64,000 nt of DNA from Eledone cirrhosa (taxonomy: Eukaryota), in assembly GCA_964016885.1 (NCBI GenBank), contig OZ024742.1, positions 288,672,001 to 288,736,000 on the forward strand. Reading direction: 5' to 3'. The notes beneath the pieces were generated by a model. That model ran no database searches. It had not been told where the DNA came from and was given only the letters and a program-made list of their open reading frames with translations. Below, one piece after another: positions 15,001 through 30,000 of this stretch (positions are counted from its first letter, which is position 1; the number at the start of each line of letters is the position of its first letter). A program made the translations under genes and the position numbers.

Positions 15001-18000
15001 TAATTGGTCTATTGTGGGGATGTAATTGGTCTAGTATGGGTACATAATTGGTCGAGTCTGGGCATATAATTGGTCTGCTGATGGGATATAATTGGTCAAG
15101 TGTGGGGATGTAATTGGTCTAGTGTGGGGATATAATTGTTCTGTTGTGGGGATATAATTGGTCGAGTGTGGGGGTGGGTATAATTGGTCTAGTATGGGCA
15201 TATAATTGGTCAAGTGTGGGCATATGATTGGTCTGCTGTGCGGATATAATTGTTCTAGTATGGGGACATAATTAGTCGAGTGTGGGGATATAACTGGTCT
15301 ACTGTGGGGATATAGTTGGTCAAGTGTGGGGATATAGTTGGTCTACTGTGTGGGTATAATTGTTCTAGTAAGGGGATATAATTGGTCGAGTGTGGGGATA
15401 TTATTGGTCTACTGTGGGGATATAATTGGTCGAGTATGGGGATATAATTGGTCTAGTGTGGGGATATAATTGGTCTAGTATGGGGACATAATTGGTTGGG
15501 TGTGGGGATATAATTGGTCTACTGTGGGGATATAATTGGTCTACTATCGGGATATAATTGGTCTAGTGTGGGGTATAATTTGTCTACAGTGCGGATATAA
15601 CTGGTCTACTGCGGGGATATAATTAATCTACTGTGGGGATGTAATTGGTCTAGTGTGGGGATATAATTGTTCTAGTGTGGGAATATAATTGGTCTACTGT
15701 GGGGATATAATTGTTCTAGTGTGCGGATAAAATTGGTCTAGTGTGGGGATATAATTGGTCTACTGTGGGGATATTATTGGTCTAGTGTGGGGAAATAATT
15801 GGTCTACTGTGGGGATAAAATTGGTCTATTGTGAGAATATAATTCGTCTACTGTGGGGATATTATTGGTCTAGTGTGGGGAAATAATTGCTCTACTGTGG
15901 GGATATAATTGGTCTAATGTGGGGTATAATTTGTCTATTGTGGGAATATAAGTGTATGGGGATATAGTTGGTCGAGTGTGGGGATATAATTGGTCTACTG
16001 TGGTGGGGGTATAATTGGTCTACTGTGGGGATTTAATTGGTCTAGTGTGGGGTATACTTTGTCTACTGTGGGGATATAATTTTTCTAGTGGGGGGATATA
16101 ATTGGTCTACTGTGGGGATATAATTGGTCTACTGTGGGGATATAATTGGTCTAGTGTGGGGATATAATTAGTCTATTGTGAAGATATAATTGGTCTACTG
16201 TGGGGAAATAATTGGTCTAGTGTGGGGATTTCATTGCTCTAATGTGGGGTATAATTTGTCTACCGTGGGGATATAATTGGTCTAGTGTGGGGATATAATT
16301 GGTCTACTCTGGGGATATAATTGGTCTGCTGTGGGGATATAACTGGTCTACTGTGGGGATGTAGTTGGTCAAGTGTGGGGACATAATTTGTCTACTGTGG
16401 GGATATAATTGGTCTAGTATGGGTACATAATTGGTCGAGTCTGGGCATATAATTGGTCTCCTGTGGGGATGTAATTGGTCCACTGTGGGGATTTAATTGG
16501 TCTAGTGTGGGGATATAATTAGTCTACTGTGGAGATATAATTGGTTTACTGTGGGGATATAATTGGTCTACTGTGATGATATAATTGGTCTGCTGTGGGA
16601 TATAATTGGTCTTGAGTGGGGATACTATTCGTCTACTGTGGGGATATAATTGGTCTACTGTGGGGATTTAATTGATCTAGTGTGGCGGTATAATTTGTCT
16701 AGTATGGGGATATAATTGGTCTAGTGTGGGGATATAATTGGTCGAGTGTGGGGATATAATTGATCTAGTATGGGGACATAATTGGTCGAGTGTGGGGATA
16801 TAATTGGTCTACTCTGGGGATATAATTGGTCTACTGTGGGGATATAATTGGTCTGCTGTGGGGATATAATTTGTCTACTGTGTGGATATAACTGTTCTAC
16901 TGTGGGGATATAATTGGTCTACTGTAGGGATATAATTAGTCTACTGTGGGGGATATAATTGTTCTAGTGTGCGGATAAAATTGGTCTAGTGTGAGGACAT
17001 ATTTTGTCTATTGTGAGGATATAATTGGTCTACTGTGGGGATATTATTGGTCTAGTGTGGGGAAATAATTGGTCTACTATGGGGATTTAATTGTTCTACT
17101 GTGGGGATATAATTGGTCTAATGTGGGGTATAATTTGTCTACTGTGGGGATATAATTGGTCTAGTGTGGGGATATAATTGGTCCACTGTGGGGATAAAAT
17201 TGGTCTATTGTGAGAATATAATTCGTCTACTGTGGGGATATTATTGGTCTAGTGTGGGGAAATAATTGGTCTACTGTGGTGGGGATATAATTGGTCTAGT
17301 GTGGGGATTTAATTTCTCTACTGTGGTTATTTAATTGCTCTACTGTGGGGATATAATTGGTCTACTGTGGGGATATAATTGGTCTAGTGTGGGGATATAA
17401 TTGGTCTACTGTGGGGATATTATTGGTCTACTGTGGGGATGTAATTGGTCGAGTGTGGAAATATAATTGGCCTACTGTCAGGATATAATTGGTCTACTGT
17501 GGGGGTATAATTGGTCTAGTATGGGGATATAATTGGTCGAGTGTGGGGATATAATTGGTCTGCTGTGGTGACCTAATTTGTCTACTGTGGGGATATAATT
17601 GTTCTAATTTGGGGAAATAATTGGTCTAGTGTTGGGATATAATTGTTCTAGTGTGCAGATAAAATTGCTCTACTGTGGGGATATAATTTGTCTAATGTGG
17701 GGTATAATTTGTCTACTGTGGGGATATAATTGGTCTAGTTTGGGGATATAATTGGTCTACTGTGGGGATATAATTGGTCTGCTGTGGGGATATAACTGGT
17801 CTACTGTGGGGATGTAGTTGGTCAAGTGTGGGGACATAATTTGTCTACTGTGGGGATATAATTGGTCTAGTATGGGTACATAATTGGTCGAGTCTGGGCA
17901 TATAATTGGACTACTGTGGGGATGTAATTGGTCCACTGTGGGGATTTAATTGGTCTAGTGTGGGGATATAATTAGTCTACTGTGGAGATATAATTGGTTT

Positions 18001-21000
18001 ACTGTGGGGATATAATTGGTCTACTGTGACGATATAATTGGTCTGCTGTGGGATATAATTGGTCTTGAGTGGGGATACTATTGGTCTACTGTGGGGATAT
18101 AATTGGTCTGCTGTGGGGATATAATTTGTCTACTGTGTGGATATAACTGGTCTACTGTGGGGATATAATTGGTCTACTGTAGGGATATAATTAGTCTACT
18201 GTGGGGATATAATTGTTCTAGTGTGCGGATAAAATTGGTCTAGTGTGAGGACATATTTTGTCTATTGTGAGGATATAATTGGTCTACTGTGGGGATATTA
18301 TTGGTCTAGTGTGGGGAAATAATTGGTCTACTATGGGGATTTAATTGTTCTACTGTGGGGATATAATTGGTCTAATGTAGGGTATAATTTGTCTACTGTG
18401 GGGATATAATTGGTCTAGTGTGGGGATATAATTGGTCTACTGTGGGGATAAAATTGGTCTATTGTGAGAATATAATTCGTCTACTGTGGGGATATTATTG
18501 GTCTAGTGTGGGGAAATAATTGGTCTACTGTGGTGGGGATATAATTGGTCTAGTGTGGGGATTTAATTTCTCTACTGTGGTTATTTAATTGCTCTACTGT
18601 GGGGATATAATTGGTCTAGTGTGGGGATATAATTGGTCTACTGTGGGGATATAATTGGTCTAGTGTGGGGATGTAATTGGTCTACTGTGGGGATATTATT
18701 GGTCTACTGTGGGGATGTAATTGGTTGAGTGTGGAAATATAATTGGCCTACTGTCAGGATATAATTGGTCTACTGTGGGGGTATAATTGGTCTAGTATGG
18801 GGATATAATTGGTCGAGTGTGGGGATATAATTGGTCTGCTGTGGGGACCTAATTTGTCGACTGGGGATATAAATGGTCTAGTGTGGGGATATAATTGGTC
18901 TACTGTGGGATATTCTTGGTCTACTGTGGGGATATAATTGCCCTACTGTGGGGGATATAATTGGTCTACTATGGGGATATAATTGGTCGAGTGTGGGGAT
19001 ATAATTGGTTGTGTGTTGCCATATAATTGGTCTACTGTGGTGGGGGTATAATTGGTCTAGTATGGGGATGTAGTTGGTCAAGTGTGGGGACATAATTTGT
19101 CTACTGTGGGGATATAATTGGTCTAGTATGGGTACATAATTGGTCGAGTCTGGGCATATAATTGGTCTACTGTGGGGATTTAATTGGTCTAGTGTGGGGA
19201 TATAATTAGTCTACTGTGGAGATATAATTCGTTTACTGTGGGGATATAATTGGTCTACTGTGATGATATAATTGGTCTGCTGTGGGGATATAATTGGTCG
19301 AGTGTGGGGATATAATTGGTCTAGTAATGGGACATAATTGGTCGAGTGTGGGGATATGATTGGTCTACTGCGGGGATATAATTGGTCTACTCTGGGGATA
19401 TAATTTCTCTACTGTGGGGATATAATTGGTCTGCTGTGGGGATATAATTTGTCTACTGTGTGGATATAACTGGTCTACTGTGGGGATGTAATTGTTCGGG
19501 TGTGGGGACATAATTTTTCTACTGTAGGGATGTAATTGGTCGAGTGTGGGGATATAGTTGGTCGAGTGTGGGGATGTAATTGGTCTACTGTGGGGGATAT
19601 AATTGGTCTACTGTGGGGATGTAATTAGTCTACTGTGGAGATATAATTGGTCTACTGTGGGGATATAATTGGTCTACTGTGGGGATATAATTGGTCTACT
19701 GTGGGGATGTAATTAGTCTACTGTGGAGATATAATTGGTCTACTGTGGGGATATAATTGGTCTACTGTGGGGATATAATTGGTCTACTGTGGGGATATAA
19801 TTAGTCTACTGTGGAGATATAATTGGTCTACTGTGGGGATATAATTAGTCTACTGTGGAGATATAATTGGTCTACTGTGGGGATATAATTGGTCTACTGT
19901 GGGGATGTAATTAGTCTACTGTGGAGATATAATTGGTCTGCTGTGGGGATATAATTGGTCGTGTGTGGTGATATAATTTGTCTACTGTGGTGGGGATTTA
20001 ATTGCTCTACTGTGGGGATATAATTAGTCTACTGTGGGGATTTAATTGGTCTAGTGTTGGGTATTCTTTGTCTACTGTGGGGATATAATTGTTCTAGTGT
20101 GGGGATATAATTGGTCTACTGTGGGGATATAATTGCTCTACTGTGGGGATATAATTGTTCTAGTGTGCGGATAAAAGTGGTCTAGTGTGGGGATATAATC
20201 GGTCTATTGTGAGGATATAATTGGTCTACTGTGGGGATATTATTGGTCTAGTGTGGGGAAATAATTGGTCTACTGTGGGGATTTAATTGCTCTACTGTGG
20301 GGATACAATTGGTTTAATGTGGGGTATAATTTGTCTACTGTGGGGATATAATTGGTTTACTGTGGGGGTATAATTGGTCTAGTATGGGGATATAGTTGGT
20401 CGAGTGTGGGGATATAATTGGTCTTTTGTGGGGATGTAATTGGTCGAGTGTGGAAATATTATTGGCCTACTGTCGGGATATAATTGTTCTACTGTGGGGG
20501 TATAATTGGTTTAGTATGGGGATATAATTGGTCTAGAGTGGGGGATATAATTGGTCTACTGTGGGGACATAATTTGTCTACTGTGGGGATATAATTGGTC
20601 TACTGTGGGGATATAATTGGTCTACTGTCGGGATGTAATTGCTCTACTGTGGGGATATAATTGATCTAGTGTGGGGATATAATTGGTCTACTGTGGGGAT
20701 ATAATTGCTCGAGTGTGGGGATATAATTGGTCTACTGTGGGGATATAATTGGTTGAATATGTGATATAATTGGGCTACTGTGGGGATATAATTGGTCTAG
20801 TGTGTGGATATAATTGGTCTAGTGTGCGGATATAATTGGTCTAGTGTGGGGATTTAATTGCTCTACTGTGGGGATATAATTGGTCCTCTGTGGGGATTTA
20901 ATTGCTCTACTGTGGGGATATAATTTGTCCTCTGTGGGGATATAATTGGTCTAGTGTAGGGTATAATTTGTCTACTGTGGGGATATAATTGTTCTACTGG

Positions 21001-24000
21001 GGAATATAATTGGCCGAGTGTTGGGATATAATTGGTCTACTGTGGGGATATAATTGGTCTAGTATGGGGATATAATTGGTCAACTGTGGGGATATAATTG
21101 GTCTACTGTAGGGATATATTTGTTCTAGTGTGCGGATATAATTGGTCTATTCTGAGGATATAATTGGTCTAGTATGGGGACATAATTTGTCGAGTGTGGG
21201 GATATAATTGGTCTATTGTGGGGATGTAATTGGTCGAGTGTGGAAATATAATAAGCCTTCTGTGGGGGTATAATTGGTCTAGTATGGGGATATAATTGGT
21301 CGAGTGTGGGGATATAATTGGTCTATTGTGGGTATATTATTGTTCTAGTATGGGGACATAATTGGTCGAGTGTGGGGATATGATTGGTCTACTGTGGGGA
21401 TATAATTGGTCTACTGTGGGGATATAATCGTTCTAGTGTGGGGATATAATTGGTCTAGTGTGGGGATATGATTGCTCTTCTGTGGGTATATAATTGGTAT
21501 ACTGTGGGGATATAATTGGTATACTGTGGGGATATATTTGTTCTAGTGTGCGGATATCAGTGGTCTACTGTGGGGATATAATTGGTCTAGTGTGGGGTAT
21601 AATTTCTCTACTGTGCGGATATAATTGGTCTACTGTGGGGATATAATGGGTCTACTATGGGGATACAACTTGTCTACTGTGGGGATATAGTTGGTCAAGT
21701 GTGGGATATATTTGGTCTACGGTGGGGGTATAATTGGTCGAGTATGGGGATATAATTGGTCCAATGAGGATATAGAATTGACCTACTGTCGGGATATAAT
21801 TGGTCTACTGTGAGGGTGTAATTGGTCTGCTGTGGGTATATAATTGGTCGAGTTTGGGGGTATAATCGGTCTACTGTGGGGATATTTTTGGTCGAGTGTG
21901 GGCATATAATTGGTCTTCTGTTGGGATGTAATTGGTCTACTGTGGGGATATAATTGCTCGAGTGTGGGGATATAATTGGTCTACTGTGGGGATATAATTG
22001 GTTGAATGTGTGATATAATTGGTCTACTGTGAGGATATAATTGGTCTACTGTGTGGATATAATTGGTCTAGTGTGCGGATATAATTGGTCTGGTGTGGGG
22101 AAATAATTGGTCTACTGTGGGGATATAATTGGTCCTCTGTGGGGATATAATTGGTCTAGTGTAGGGTATAATTTGTCGAGTGTGGGGATATAATTGTTCT
22201 ACTGGGGGATATAATTGGTCGAGTGTTGGGATATAATTGGTCTACTGTGGGGATATAATTGGTCTACTGTGGGGATATAACTGGTCTAATGGGGGATATA
22301 ATTGGTCTAGTGTGGGGTATAATTTGTCTACTGTGGGGATATAATTGGTCTACTGTGGGGATATAATCGTTCTAGTGTGGGGATATAATTGGTCTACCGT
22401 GGGGATATAATGGGTCTACTCTGGGGATATAATTAGTCGAGTGTGGGGATATAATTGGTCTGCTGTGGGGATATAATTGTTCTAGTATGGGGACATAATT
22501 GGTCGAGTGTGGGGAGATGATTGGTCTACTGTTGGGATATAATTAGTGTACTGTGGGGATATAATTGGCCTAGTATGGGGACATAATTGGTCGAGTGTGG
22601 GGATATAAATGGTCTACTGTGGGGATATAATTGATCTACTGTGGGGATATAATTGGTCTAGTGTGGGGTGTAATTTGTCTGCTGTGGGGATATAATTGGT
22701 CTACTGTGGTGGGGATATAATTGGTCAAGTGTGGGGATATTATTGGTCTAGTGTGGGGATATAATTGGTCAAGTGTGGGGATATAATTGGTCGAGTGTCG
22801 GGACATTATTGGTCGAGTGTGGGGATATAATTGGTCTACTATGGGGATATAATTGGTCTACTGTGGGGATATAATTGGTCTACTCTGGGGATATAATTGG
22901 TCTACTGTGGGGATATAATTGGTCTACTGTGGGGATGTAATTGGTCTACTGTGGGGATATAATTGGTCTACTGTGGGGATATAATTGGTCTACTCTGGGG
23001 ATATAATTAGTCTACTCTGGGGATATAATTGGTCGAGTGTGGGGATATAATTGTTCTACTGTAGGGATATAATTGGTCGAGTGTAGGGATATAATTGGTC
23101 TACTGTGGTGGGGATATAATTGGTCAAGTGTGGGGATATTATTGGTCTAATGTGGGGATATTATTGTCTAGTGTGGGGATATAATTGGTCTACTGTGGGG
23201 ATTTAATTGCACTACTGTGGGGATATAATTGGTCTACTGTGGGAATATAATTGGTCGAGTGTGGGGATTTAATAGGTCTACTGTTGGGATATAATTGGTC
23301 TGCTGTGGGGGTATAATTGGTCTAGTATGGGGACATAATTGGTCGAGTGTGGGGATATAATTGGTCTAATGTGGTGGGGATATAATTGGTCGAGTGTGGG
23401 GATATAATTGGTCTACTGTGGGGATATAATTGGTCTACTGTGGGGATATAATTTGTCTACTGTGGGAATATAATTGGTCTACTGGGGGATATAATTGGTC
23501 GAGTGTGGGGATTTAATTGGTCTACTGTTGGGATATAATTGGTCTACCGTGCGGATATAATTGGTCTACTGTGGGGATATAATTGTTCTAGTGTACGGAT
23601 ATAATTGGTCTATTGTAAGGATCGAATATGTCTAGTGTGGGGATATAATTGGTCTAATGTGGGGATGTAATTGCTCTACTGTGGGGATATAATTGGTCTA
23701 GTGTGGGGTATAATTTGACTACTGTGGGGATATAATTGGTCTAGTGTGGGGATATAATTGGTCTACTATGTGGATATAACTTGACTACTATGGGGATATA
23801 GTTGGTCAAGTGCGGGGTATAATTTGTCTACTGTGGGCATATAATTGGTCTACTATGTGGATATAACTTGACTACAATGGGGATATAGTTGGTCAAGTGC
23901 GAGATATAATTTGTCTACTGTAGGCATGCAGTTGGTCTACTGTGGGGGTATAATTGGTCTAGTATGGGGATATCATTGGTCTGCTTTGGGGATATAATTA

Positions 24001-27000
24001 GTCTACTGTGGGGATATAATTGGTCTACTGTGGGGGTATAATTGGTCTAGTATGGGGATATCATTGGTCTGCTTTGGGGATATAATTAGTCTACTGTGGG
24101 GATATAATTGGTCTACTGTGGGGGTATAATTGGTCTAGTATGGGGATATCATTGGTCTGCTTTGGGGATATAATTAGTCTACTGTGGGGATACAATTGGT
24201 CTACCGTCGGGATATAATTGGTCGAGTGTGAGGGTATAATTGGACTGCTGTGGGTATATAATTGGTCGAGTGTGGGGGTATAATTGATCTACTGTGGGGA
24301 TGTAATTGGTCTACTGTGGGGATGTAATTGGTCTAGTGTGGGGATATAATTAGTCTACTGTGGAGATATAATTGGTTTACTGTGGGGATATAATTGGTCT
24401 ACTGTGATGATATAATTGGTCGAGTGTGGGGATATAATTGGTCGAGTATGGGGATATAATTGGTCGCATGTAGGGATATAATTGGTCGAGTGTGGGCATA
24501 TAATTGGTCAATGTGGAGATATTATTGGTCTAGTGTGGGGATATAATTCTTCTAGTGTGGGGATTTAATTGCTCTACTGTGGGGATATAATTGGTCTACT
24601 GTGGAGTTATAATTAGGGTATAATTTGTCTACTGTGGGAATATAATTGGTCTACTGTGGGGGTATAATTGTCTCTAGTATGGGGATATAATTGGTTGAGT
24701 GTGGGGATATAATTGGTCTGCTGTGGGTATATTATTATAGTATAGGGACATAATTGATCGAGTGTGGGAATATAATTGGTCGAGTGTGAGGGTATAATTG
24801 GCCTGCTGTGGGTATATAATTGGTCGAGTTTGGGGGTATAATTGGTCTACTGTGGGGACATTTTTGGTCGAGTGTGGGCATATAATTGGTCTGCTGTGGG
24901 TATGTAATTGGTCTACTGTTGGTATATAATTGGTCTACTGTGGAGATATAATTGGTCTACTGTGGGGATATAATTGGTCTACTGTGATGATATAATTGGT
25001 CGCATGTGGGGATATAATTGATCTACCGTGGGGATATAATTGTTCTAGTGTGGGGATATAATTTGTCTACTGTGGGGATTTAATTGGTCTACTGTGGGAA
25101 TATAATTGGTCTACTTTTGGCATTTAATTGGTCTACTGTGGGGATATAATTGTTCTAGTGAGGGGATATAATTGGTCTAGTGCGGGATATAATTGGTCTA
25201 CTGTGTGGATATAAATGGTCTACTGTGGGGATATAATTGTTCTACTGTTGGGATATAATTGGTCTACTGTGGGGATATAATTGGTAGAGTGTGGGGATAT
25301 AATTGGTCTACTGTGTGGATATAATTGCTCGAGTGTGAGGATATAATTGGTCTGCTGTGGGTATATAATTGGTTGAGTGTGGGGGTATAATTGGTCTACT
25401 GTGGGGATATTTTTGGTCGAGTGTGGGCATATAATTGGTCTGCTGTGGGGATGTAATTGGTCTACTGTGGGGATGTAATTGGTCTTGTGTGGGGATATAA
25501 TTGGTCTACTGTGGAGATATAATTGGTCTACTGTGGGGATATAATTGGTCGAGTGTGGGGATATAATTGGTCTACTGTTATGATATAATTGGTCGAGTGT
25601 GGGGATATAATCGGTCGCATGTGTGGATATAATTGGTCTAGTGTGGGGATATAATTGTTCTACTGTGGGGATATAATTGGTCTACTGTGGGGATATAATT
25701 GTTCTAGTGTGGGGATATAATTGGTCTAGTGTGGGATATAATTGTTCTACTGTGGGGATATAATTGGTCCTCTGTGGGGATATAGTTGGTCGAGTGTGGG
25801 AATATTGGTCTACTGTGGTAATATAATTGGTCTACTGTGGCGATAGAATTGGTCTAGTGTGGGGAAATAATTGGTCCACTGTGGGGATATAAATGGCCTA
25901 CTGTGGAAATATAATTGGTCTAGTTTGGGGATATAATTGGTCTACTGTGGGGATATAATTGGTCGAGCGTGAGGGTATAATTGGTCTGCTGTGGGTATAT
26001 AATTGGTCGAGTGTGGGGGTATAATTGGTCTACTGCGGGGATATTTTTGGACGAGTCTGGGCATATAATTGGTCTGCTGTGGGGATGTAATTGGTCTACT
26101 GTGGGGATGTAATTGGTCTAGTGTGGGGATATAATTGGTCTACTGTGGAGATATAATTGGTCGAGTGTGGGGATATAATCGGTCTACTGTGATGATATAA
26201 TTGGTCGCATGTGGGGATATAATTGATCGAGTGTGGGGATATTATTGGTCTAGTGTGGGGATTTAATTGCTCTACTGTGGGGATATAATTGGTCTAGTGT
26301 GGGGATTTAATTGCTCTACTATGGGGTTATAATTTGTCTAGTGTGGGGTATAATTTGTCTACTGTGGGGATATAATTGTTCTAGTGTGAGGATATATTTG
26401 ATCTACTGTGTGGATATAAATGGTCTAATGTGGGGATATAATTGATCTACTGTGGGGATATAATTGGTCTACTGTGGGGATTTAACTGGTCTAATGTGGG
26501 GATATAATTGGTCTAGTGTGGGGTATAATTTGTCTGATGTGGGGATATAATTGGTCGAGTGTGGGGACATAATTGGTCGAGTGTGGGGATATAATTGGTC
26601 TACTGTGGTGGGGATATAATTGGTCAAGTGTGGGGATAATATTGGTCTAGTGTGGGGATATTATTGTCTAGTGTGGCGATATAATTGGTCTAATGTGGGG
26701 ATATAATTGGTCGAGTGTCGGGACATTATTGGTCGAGTGTGGGGATATAATTGGTCTACTGTGGGGATATAATTGGTCGAGTGTGGGGATATAAATGGTC
26801 TACTGTGGAAATATAATTGGTCTAGTTTGGGGATATAATTGGTCTATTGTGGGGATATAATTGGTCTACTCTGGGGATATAATTGGTCTACTGTGGGGAT
26901 ATAATTGGTCGAGTGTGGGGATATAATTGTTCTACTGTGCCGATATAATTGGTCGAGTGTGGGGATATAATTGGTCTACTGTGGTGGGGATATAATTGGT

Positions 27001-30000
27001 CAAGTGTGGGGATATTATTGGTCTAGTGTGGGTATATTATTGTCTAGTGTGGGGATATAATTGGTCTACTGTGGGGATTTAATTGCACTACTGTGGGGAT
27101 ATAATTGGTCTACTGTGGGAATATAATTGGTCGAGTGTGGGAATTTAATAGGTCTACTGTTGGGATATAATTGGTCTGCTGTGGGTGTATAATTGGTCTA
27201 GTATGGGGACATAATTGGTCGAGTGTGGGGATATAATTGGTCGCGTGTGGGGATATAATTGGTCTAATGTGGTGGGGATATAATTGGTCTACTGTGGGGA
27301 TTTAATTGCTCTACTGTTGGGACATAATTGGCCTACTGTGGGGTATAATTTGTCTACTGTGGGAATATAATTGGTCTACTGGGGGATATAATTGGTCGAG
27401 TGTGGGGATTTAATTGGTCTACTGTGCGGATATAATTGGTCTACTGTGGGGATATAATTGTTCTAGTGTACGGATATAATTGGTCTATTGTAAGGATATA
27501 ATTGCTCTAGTGTGGGGATATAATTGGTGTAATGCGGGGATGTAATTGCTCTACTGTGGGCATATAATTGGTCTAATGTGGGGGTATAATTGTCTCTAGT
27601 ATGGGGATATAATTGTTCGAGTGTGGGGATATAATTGGTCTGCTGTGGGTATATTATTCTAGTATGGGGACATAATTGGTCGAGTGCGGGAATATAATTG
27701 GTCGAGTGTGAGGGTATAATTGGTCTGCTGTGGGTATATAATTGGTGGAGTTTGGAGGTATAATTGGTCTACTGTGGGGATATTTTTGGTCGAGTGTGGG
27801 CATATAATTGGTCGATTATGGGGATATAATTGGTCGCATGTGGGGATATAATTGGTCTACTGTGGGGATATAATTGGTCTAGTGTGGGGATATAATTTGT
27901 CTACTGTGGGAATTTTATTGGTCTACTGTGGGAATATAATTGGTCTACTTTTGGCATTTAATTGGTCTACTGTGGGGATATAATTGGTCTAGTGCGGTAT
28001 ATAATTGGTCTACTGTGTGGATATAAATGGTCTACTGTGGGGATATAATTGTTCTACTGTTGGGATATAATTGGTCTAGTTTGGGGATATAATTGGTCTA
28101 CTGTGTGGATATAATTGGTCGAGTGTGAGGATATAATTGGTCTGCTGTGGGTATATAATTGGTTGAGTGTGGGGGTATAATTGGTCTACTGTGGGGATAT
28201 TTTTGGTCGAGTGTGGGCATATAATTGGTCTACTGTGGGGATGTAATTGGTCTACTGTGGAGATATAATTGGTCTACTGTGGGGATATAATTGGTCGAGT
28301 ATGGGGATATAATTGGTCTACTGTGATGATATAATTGGTCGAGTGTGGGGATATAATTGGTCGCATGTGTGGATATAATTGGTCTACTGTGGTGATATAA
28401 TTGTTCTAGTGTGGGGATATAATTGGTCTAGTGTGGGATATAATTGATCTACTGTGGGGATATAATTGGTCCTCTGTGGGGATATAATTGGTCTATTGTA
28501 GGCATATAATTGGTCGAGTGTGGAAATATTGGTCTACTGTGGTGATATAATTGGTCTACTGTGGCGATATAATTGGTCTAGTGTGGGGAAATAATTGGTC
28601 CACTGTGGGGATATAAATGGCCTACTGTGGAAATATAATTGGTCTAGTTTGGGGATATAATTGGTCTACTGTGGGGATATAATAGGTCGAGTGTGGGGGT
28701 ATAATTGGTCTACTGCGGGGATATTTTTGGACGAGTGTGGGCATATAATTGGTCTGCTGTGGGGATGTAATTGGTCTACTGTGGGGATGTAATTGGTCTA
28801 CTGTGATGATATAATTGGTCGAGTCTGGGGATATAATTGGTCGCATGTGGGCATATAATTGATCGAGTGTTGGGATATAATTGGTCAATGTGGGCATATT
28901 ATTGGTCTAGTGTGGGGATATAATTGGTATAGTGTGGGGATTTAATTGCTCTACTGTGGGGATATAATTGGTCTAGTGTGAGGATTTAATTGATCTACTG
29001 TTGGTATATAATTGGTCTACTGTGGGATTATAATTGGTCTAGTGTGGGGATATAATTGTTCTACTTTGGGGTAGAATTGTTCTAGTGTGGGGATATAATT
29101 GGTCTATTGTGGGGATATAATTGGTCTACTGTGGGGATATAATTGTTCTAGTGTGGGATATAATTGATCTACTGTGTGGATATAATTGGTCTACTGTGGG
29201 GATATAATTGGTCTACTGTGGGGATATAACTGATCTAATGTGGGGATATAATTGGACTAGTGTGGGGTATAATTTGTCTACTGTGGGGATATAACTGGTC
29301 TACTGGGGAGGATATAATTGGTCTAGTGTGGGGTATAATTCGACTGCTGTGGGGATATAATTGGTCTACTGTGGTAATATAATTGGTCTACTGTGGCGAT
29401 ATAATTGGACTACTGTGGGGATATAATTGGTCGAGTGTAGGGATATAATTGGTCTACTGTGGGGATATAATTGGTCTAGTGTGGGTATATAATTGGTCTA
29501 CTGTGGGATTATAATTGGTCTACTTTTGGCATTTAATTGGTCTACTGTGGGGATATAATTGTTCTAGTGTGGGGATATAATTGGTCTAGTGCGGGATATA
29601 ATTGGTCTACTGTGGGGATATAATTGTTCTACTGTTGGGATATAATTGGTCTACTGTGGGGATATAATTGGTAGAGTGTGGGGATATAATTGGTCTACTG
29701 TGTGGATATAATTGGTCGAGTGTGAGGATATAATTGGTCTGCTTTGGGTACATAATTGGTCGTGTGTGGGGGATATTTTTGGTAGAGTGTGGGCATATCA
29801 GTGGTCTGCTGTGGGGATGTAATTGGTCTACTGTGGGGATATAATTGGTCGAGTGTGGGGATATAATTGGTCTAGTGTGGGGATATAATTGTTCTACTGT
29901 GGGGATATAATTGGTCTAGTGTGGGGATATAATTGGTCTACTGTGGGGATATAATTGCTCTAGTGTGGGGATATAATTGGTCTAGTGTGGGATATAATTG

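Noticed and set aside
3625-28897. Minus-strand ORFs with repeating DQLYPH/RPIISP/TNYIPT peptides
   Set aside because: The 22-bp period cycles through all three frames and the consensus CTA gives frequent TAG stops. These ORFs are chance stop-free runs.
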